40,373 bases of DNA from Octopus bimaculoides (taxonomy: Eukaryota), in the NCBI RefSeq assembly GCF_001194135.2, contig NC_068983.1, forward strand, positions 57,600,294-57,640,666, given 5' to 3'. Below the pieces are notes generated by a model. The model was given only the letters and a program-made list of their open reading frames with translations, was not told the origin of the DNA and made no database searches. Position 1 is the stretch's first letter. Each line of letters begins with the position of its first letter. Below are positions 34,126 through 40,373 of this stretch, one piece after another. The position numbers and the translations under genes were made by a program.

Positions 34126-34540
34126 TATATGTGTGTGTGTACATATATATAAATATATACATGTTTATATATACAAATATATATATTTATATATACATAA
34201 CATATACGTATTTATATATATATAACATATATGTATATATAAAAAAAACGTATATATCTATATATATCTATATATATATAACATATACGTATATATATAT
34301 ATATGTGTGTATATATATATATATATATGAGTGTGGGTCAATATATATATGAGTATATGTAGGCATTAATATATGTATAGATATATGTATATATTTATAT
34401 ACACATGGATACATTTATACACACACACACACACCCACACACACACATACACACACACACACACACACATATATACACACACATACATGTACATACATGT
34501 ATACATGCATATATACAAAGAAACATACATGCATACATAC
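34125..34540. repeat. Degenerate (TA)n/(CA)n field
   Basis: Seen directly. Confidence 0.85.
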
Positions 34541-35839
34541 AATGCTTTCCCAACCACAAACTATCCAATTTTCCTCAGAAAATATGCAAGCTTTTGGAGG
34601 GAATATTCCAAACATATTGGCAATACATCAAACTCACTTCATCTGTCTTAGAATTGGTGGACCCAAGAGAATTTAAATCTAGTGTAATAGAACTCTTTCA
34701 GGTGATGCCAAGCCAAGTTATACGCATCACTTGGCAATGAAATATCCTCCTATCACAGCCTAAAGGCCCAGAACTGTAAATATGCCAGTTATTTTGTTCT
34801 CAGTAAAGTTAACAACTTCACTGTTTGTTAGTACAACAACAAAAACCAAGAAAGCTCTGTTTATTTTCTTCTCTATTGCATGGTTTCACTTGACATAGTT
34901 TGATCTGTGTTTATATATACACATACATATATATATTTACATACATAGATGTACATATAAATATATATATATATATGTATGTATGTATGTATGTATTATT
35001 TTTGGTTTCACTTTTGTCCCATTTCCTCCCTCAGAATTTTATTACAAAGATGTATGTCAACAGCGACTATTCACATTGGTGCTTCAATGCAACAGAAATG
35101 GAGGAGATCAGAGTGAGGTATCATGGGAAATAATTTGATTTTTCCCCCTCTCTCTTCATGTTTTTTTTGTGTGTGTATGGGGTGGAGGTGTTTTTTGGTG
35201 GGGTATCTCTTTGTAGTTTCTTTGAAATAATTTTACATCATTTCTAATATGTACTTGTGTATGTGTGTGTGTATGTATGTATGTATGTATGTATATCTGT
35301 ATGTATGTATGTATGTATATATGTATTTATAAATATATATATACACATATGTGTATATATTTATTTATATATATATATACATATATGGGGGTTGTATCTG
35401 TGTGCATTTCTGCGTACCTGTATGTCGTTGCATAAATGGTGTAAACATNNNNNNNNNNNNNNNNNNNNNNNNNNNNNNNNNNNNNNNNNNNNNNNNNNNN
35501 NNNNNNNNNNNNNNNNNNNNNNNNNNNNNNNNNNNNNNNNNNNNNNNNNNNNNNNNNNNNNNNNNNNNNNNNNNNNNNNNNNNNNNNNNNNNNNNNNNNN
35601 NNNNNNNNNNNNNNNNNNNNNNNNNNNNNNNNNNNNNNNNNNNNNNNNNNNNNNNNNNNNNNNNNNNNNNNNNNNNNNNNNNNNNNNNNNNNNNNNNNNN
35701 NNNNNNNNNNNNNNNNNNNNNNNNNNNNNNNNNNNNNNNNNNNNNNNNNNNNNNNNNNNNNNNNNNNNNNNNNNNNNNNNNNNNNNNNNNNNNNNNNNNN
35801 NNNNNNNNNNNNNNNNNNNNNNNNNNNNNNNNNNNNNNN

Positions 35840-35876
<37 letters not shown>

Positions 35877-36364
35877 GTACGTATATTTATATACATATAT
35901 ATATGTATATATACATATATGGGGGTTGTATCTGTGTGCATTTCTGCGTACCTGTATGTCGTTGCATAAATGGTGTAAACATCAGTGTAATGAAATAATA
36001 ATAAAAACACACCACTACATGCAAACAAACACACAATGGGTAGAGTATCTCTGCGTCCAGCTACATTCTTGCCATATTTTCCACACCTACAACAAGTTAC
36101 ACAGTTAGATATTTACTCAGAGATTGTTAAAACAAATATTTTATCACTGGAAGTCCTTCCTAACAGAATACATGCAACAAAAACTCACACAGAAGAAACA
36201 AAAACAAAAAAAAATGAAAATAGAATTGGTGGATGGCTCAATACTATCTGTGAAGCATATTCTAAAGACAAGATAAACTTAGAGCTATTTATTCATGCAT
36301 AATGGAGTAAGATACATTGTGTGGTACGGTGTGAGATTTAAACTAATATCCTGAAGCTAAAAAT

Positions 36365-36473
36365 GAAAATAGTAATAATAATAATAATAATGATAATAAT
36401 AATGATAATAATAATAATAATAATGATAATAATAATGACGATGATGATGATGATGATGATGATCTTCAACATT

Positions 36474-36507
<34 letters not shown>

Positions 36508-36590
36508 CCATCATCATTATCATGATCATCATGATGATCATGATCATCATGATCATGATCATCATCACCATCATCATCACTATTATTTTT
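36365..36590. repeat. Compound (TAA)n/(GAT)n/(CAT)n microsatellite
   Basis: Seen directly. Confidence 0.9.
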
Positions 36591-36792
36591 ATTATTGCAG
36601 TAATCTTGTTTGTTCTGTGTGCTTTTGTTGCTCAACCAATTGCAGTTTCTGTGTATTTTGCCTTTGTGCTTTTATTTTTACTTTTATTTTTTTTATATAT
36701 ATTTTACCTTGATTTTGTGAATTTTTTTTGTTTGTTTGTTTGTTTCTTGGTTCCCATATTCAGTGCCCTACGTAAACAAAATGGTCGGTGTT

Positions 36793-36900
36793 AGGTGCAG
36801 GCATGGCTGTAGCAGCTAACAAGCTTGCTTTGCAGCTATGTAGTTTCAGGTTCTGTCCCACTGCATGGTACCTTGGCCAAGTGTCTTCTATTATAACATT
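36793..36900 (+). mobile_element. SINE family A, 5' head fragment
   Basis: aggtgcaggcatggctgt...ggttctgtcccactgcatggtaccttggccaagtgtcttcta. Confidence 0.75.
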
Positions 36901-37030
36901 GGGATAACCAATGCCTGGCGAGCAAATTTGATTCAGGGAAACAATAAAGAAGACCATCCCCTTACACACATGCATCCCCCATACTGCCCCTCCTATATGT
37001 ATAATATCTACATATATTTATATATATATA

Positions 37031-37161
37031 TATTCATTTAAAATGCAGAGATGCCTATAATAGGACATCTACTCGCTAGAAACAGCAGCAAAAAGACTAC
37101 ATACCACAAAAGTTAGGTAGTAGATGTCCTATTATAGGCATCTCTGCATTTTAAATGAATA
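37031..37161. repeat. Perfect 43-bp inverted repeat with a 45-nt spacer
   Basis: 37031-37073 is the exact reverse complement of 37119-37161. Confidence 0.95.
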
Positions 37162-38505
37162 ATACATAGTCTATTGACTGCTTTTTTACTCTCGCTAGAC
37201 CACTGGTGGTAAATAAAATTTCTAAAATTTTTTTNNNNNNNNNNNNNNNNNNNNNNNNNNNNNNNNNNNNNNNNNNNNNNNNNNNNNNNNNNNNNNNNNN
37301 NNNNNNNNNNNNNNNNNNNNNNNNNNNNNNNNNNNNNNNNNNNNNNNNNNNNNNNNNNNNNNNNNNNNNNNNNNNNNNNNNNNNNNNNNNNNNNNNNNNN
37401 NNNNNNNNNNNNNNNNNNNNNNNNNNNNNNNNNNNNNNNNNNNNNNNNNNNNNNNNNNNNNNNNNNNNNNNNNNNNNNNNNNNNNNNNNNNNNNNNNNNN
37501 NNNNNNNNNNNNNNNNNNNNNNNNNNNNNNNNNNNNNNNNNNNNNNNNNNNNNNNNNNNNNNNNNNNNNNNNNNNNNNNNNNNNNNNNNNNNNNNNNNNN
37601 NNNNNNNNNNNNNNNNNNNNNNNNNNNNNNNNNNNNNNNNNNNNNNNNNNNNNNNNNNNNNNNNNNNNNNNNNNNNNNNNNNNNNNNNNNNNNNNNNNNN
37701 NNNNNNNNNNNNNNNNNNNNNNNNNNNNNNNNNNNNNNNNNNNNNNNNNNNNNNNNNNNNNNNNNNNNNNNNNNNNNNNNNNNNNNNNNNNNNNNNNNNN
37801 NNNNNNNNNNNNNNNNNNNNNNNNNNNNNNNNNNNNNNNNNNNNNNNNNNNNNNNNNNNNNNNNNNNNNNNNNNNNNNNNNNNNNNNNNNNNNNNNNNNN
37901 NNNNNNNNNNNNNNNNNNNNNNNNNNNNNNNNNNNNNNNNNNNNNNNNNNNNNNNNNNNNNNNNNNNNNNNNNNNNNNNNNNNNNNNNNNNNNNNNNNNN
38001 NNNNNNNNNNNNNNNNNNNNNNNNNNNNNNNNNNNNNNNNNNNNNNNNNNNNNNNNNNNNNNNNNNNNNNNNNNNNNNNNNNNNNNNNNNNNNNNNNNNN
38101 NNNNNNNNNNNNNNNNNNNNNNNNNNNNNNNNNNNNNNNNNTATATATATATATATATATATATATATCAAATAAGAAAATGAAGAGGTTACAAAAACGA
38201 CATACATCAGCTGGTAGACATTCTGTTATGTGTATTTATTCCAGTGTATTAGATTGTATTAGATGAATACATACATGTATATTAGCCATGTATTACATAC
38301 ACATGCACTAATATTACAGAAAAGTGCAAAAGATCAGATTGTCAGTAGGTGCTAGTTCCTTACAGCCATTTTTGCCAAGAGGCAATGAAATCCTTCATGC
38401 CCTCGCCATCTCTTCGGTGTTCTATAGGGATGGGTAGATAAAGTTTGGATGATGAATGTGCCTCTAGGCTTCTTCAGAGGGTCTAAGTGGTTGGGAGGGC
38501 TACAT

Positions 38506-38536
38506 CCAGCATTTCAGATTCAATCCTTCGTCGGGG
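38506..38536 (-). ncRNA. Degenerate hammerhead-like motif, inverted partner of 38629-38659
   Basis: Minus strand ccccgacgaaggattgaatctgaaatgctgg versus tcctgatgaaggattgaatccgaaacgttgg, 25 of 31 identical. Confidence 0.55.
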
Positions 38537-38628
38537 GTCAGCGAAGAAGAGAAGAAAAGGAGAAAAAAGTCAGAGTTTACATCCTCTGTTTGGACATTTT
38601 TCCTCTGTTTCTTCTCTTTTTCTCTGCC

Positions 38629-38660
38629 TCCTGATGAAGGATTGAATCCGAAACGTTGGT
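38629..38660 (+). ncRNA. Minimal type-I hammerhead ribozyme-like motif with an intact core
   Basis: ctgatga-a-ggat-tga-atcc-gaaac-gtt. Canonical core, paired helix II and palindromic ACGT. Helix I is weak (about 2 bp). Confidence 0.65.
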
Positions 38661-38988
38661 TATTCCGCTCCTCACGGCAAGTTCACTCTACCCCTTTCAC
38701 TTTTTTCCATATTTTTTTAAATTCTTGCTGACACAGAGCTATCACAGTATTTCCATAAAAATATGGTAACAAAAAGGTTTAACAATTTTAGCTCTTTCAA
38801 CTATGGTGATCACAGAGTTTAAGATTCTAGTAGGACTGCCTGCTAGGAATATAGCATATCATGCTTTCTATAGCATAATCAAAAGTAAGCGATTTTGTGC
38901 AATTTCTACGAAATCTGTCTTTGAGAGTTTGATTCTTTTTTTTTTATTGGTTTGCAAGATTCTTTATGTGAAGTCGTGTGTTGAAGAC

Positions 38989-39110
38989 TATTTTATTGTG
39001 TCATGGAGAGTCATTCTGTTTTAATTCCTTATTAATTAACACACTCAAACTGGTGAATGTGTTAATTAATTAGGCATTGTAACAGAATGACTCCCCCAGA
39101 CAATAAAATA
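38989..39110. repeat. Imperfect 120-bp hairpin, probably internal to a MITE
   Basis: Paired blocks tattttattg/caataaaata, gagtcattctgtt/aacagaatgactc and ttaattaacaca/tgtgttaattaa. Confidence 0.85.
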
Positions 39111-39185
39111 TCTTTGACAACGTCCACTTCAACTAAAACATCAGAAAATGGTTTGGAAACTGATGTGACTTCAATCAGTTTCTGA

Positions 39186-39420
39186 TTAACGAATTTGTTA
39201 CCATCTTTCTGATAAGTTGTTTTAATGAATTTTGAAAATAATAAATAATTTAATAAAATAAATCAACTTAGTCATTATTATTATGCTGGAGTTTAAGAAC
39301 ATAAATTAACAAGAAATTTTGGCAGAAGGTTTTCATTTACATGGTTTTAAAATATTGAAATGTATATCAAAGAAAGAGGAACAGCCACAGATAGGTTTGT
39401 ATCAAACGAGTTAATTTAGA
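39186..39420 (-). mobile_element. piggyBac-like non-autonomous element end, inverse homolog of 20378-20639
   Basis: ttaac...tttgttaccat...tttgaaaataat...gctgg.gttt..gaacataaattaac..gaaattttg. Confidence 0.5.
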
Positions 39421-39462
39421 TCAATCTAAAGTATTTGACAGAGCTGACCATCACAACAGACC

Positions 39463-39642
39463 AAGACCAAGATCAGATCTCATACATAGATCAGAACTTG
39501 GTCCCCAGACCAAGACCAGATCTTGTACATAGGTCAGAACTTGGTCCCCAGACCAAGACCAGATCTCGTACATAGATCAGAACTTGGTCCCCAGACCAAG
39601 ATCAGATCTCGTACATAGATCAGAACTTGGTCCTTAGACCAA
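39463..39642. repeat. 43-bp minisatellite, 4 full units plus a partial, each unit a hairpin
   Basis: Units start at 39463, 39506, 39549 and 39592. Consensus cagaccaagaccagatctcgtacatagatcagaacttggtccc. Confidence 0.95.
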
Positions 39643-40151
39643 CAAGATCCCCCTGACAAATACCCAGCACATTTATGCTCCAAAAGAGCATTGTATTATT
39701 CCTTGTCCCAGCACACTTGACCAGTGTGCCACACCAATACTGGCCTGCCATTTCTTTTCTTCCTGGAGAAAGAGTGCAATAAGTATCAGCTATCGAAGCA
39801 TTCAACTATTATATCCTTGCCATGCAAAAGTTGTAGCCTATTATAAATGAAAGGAATCAATATTAGAGTTATTTCACACAATCTGTAATAGAATGGTAAA
39901 TATTTAAATGTCATTGCCAAAAGTAATAATAACTGGTCTGATTTGATGCTTTTACAATAAAAACCTTCATTCAAATGGTAAAACATTAAAAATGTATCTT
40001 TGAGTTTTCAATTAACTTCCAGCCACATTTTATGAAAACAATCTATTGAACTGAATGTGATGGGGAAAATAAAATGAAATGATAAACGCGAAAGGAGATA
40101 ATATTTGTAGACAATTACAAGAAAGAAAGAGACACAACACAAACAGTAAAG

Positions 40152-40152
<1 letters not shown>

Positions 40153-40192
<40 letters not shown>

Positions 40193-40243
40193 TAGATAGA
40201 TATACACATGTATATACACATTTATATATACACACACACACAT

Positions 40244-40291
<48 letters not shown>

Positions 40292-40355
40292 GTACACATA
40301 TATATAGATATATGTGCATGTATATATATATATGTATGTGTATATATAGAGATAT
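40153..40355. repeat. (TA)n/(CA)n field
   Basis: Seen directly. Confidence 0.9.
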
Positions 40356-40373
40356 ACCATTTCCAGTATGTTA

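Noticed and set aside
34703-34737. Possible pseudoknot (gtgatgc/gcatcac plus gccaa/ttggc)
   Set aside because: A zero-length loop 3 makes the geometry implausible. Only short alternative hairpins remain.
35372-35982. 77-bp exact direct repeat (35372-35448 and 35906-35982)
   Set aside because: The first copy ends exactly at a gap and the second lies just beyond it. This is the typical pattern of unmerged overlapping contig ends or haplotypes.
36036-36302. 88-aa ORF, plus the similar unassigned ORFs at 16336-16626 and 34405-34740
   Set aside because: No recognisable motif or family, and the lengths are within chance expectation.
1487-36900. tRNA genes
   Set aside because: All A/B-box regions belong to SINE heads and do not form complete cloverleafs.
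39463-39642. CRISPR-like appearance of palindromic repeats
   Set aside because: There are no unique spacers, no cas genes, and the context is eukaryotic.
25-40360. Most ORFs in the supplied track (poly-Y/I/L, CV/YI/SL/ER repeats, X-filled frames)
   Set aside because: They are translations of microsatellites or of N gaps and show no protein-family signal.

Overview
This is AT-rich, repeat-dominated animal genomic DNA from a draft assembly, with nine N-gaps totalling about 3.8 kb. The mix of tRNA-derived SINEs, microsatellites and LINE relics resembles octopus genomes; this is an inference from pattern recognition, with no search run. I can support no intact host protein-coding gene, and most ORFs in the track are microsatellite or gap artefacts. 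The window holds four main classes of sequence. (1) About 20 SINE copies or fragments from at least three modular families. (2) Decayed non-LTR retrotransposons: R4/Dong-like elements with a restriction-like endonuclease (RLE), RTE elements, and a Penelope-like (PLE) reverse transcriptase. (3) DNA-transposon relics: mariner, an internally deleted maT-like element with both TIRs and TA duplications, a Helentron/DINE-like element, a foldback MITE and piggyBac-like ends. (4) Many micro- and minisatellites. The most notable signals are six minimal type-I hammerhead-ribozyme-like motifs with four different helix-II sequences (one divergent inverted pair among them), an RLE retrotransposon sitting in (TACA)n, an 18-bp minisatellite behind a good splice acceptor that reads as N-S-T repeats, a 43-bp array of hairpin units, and several long perfect palindromes.
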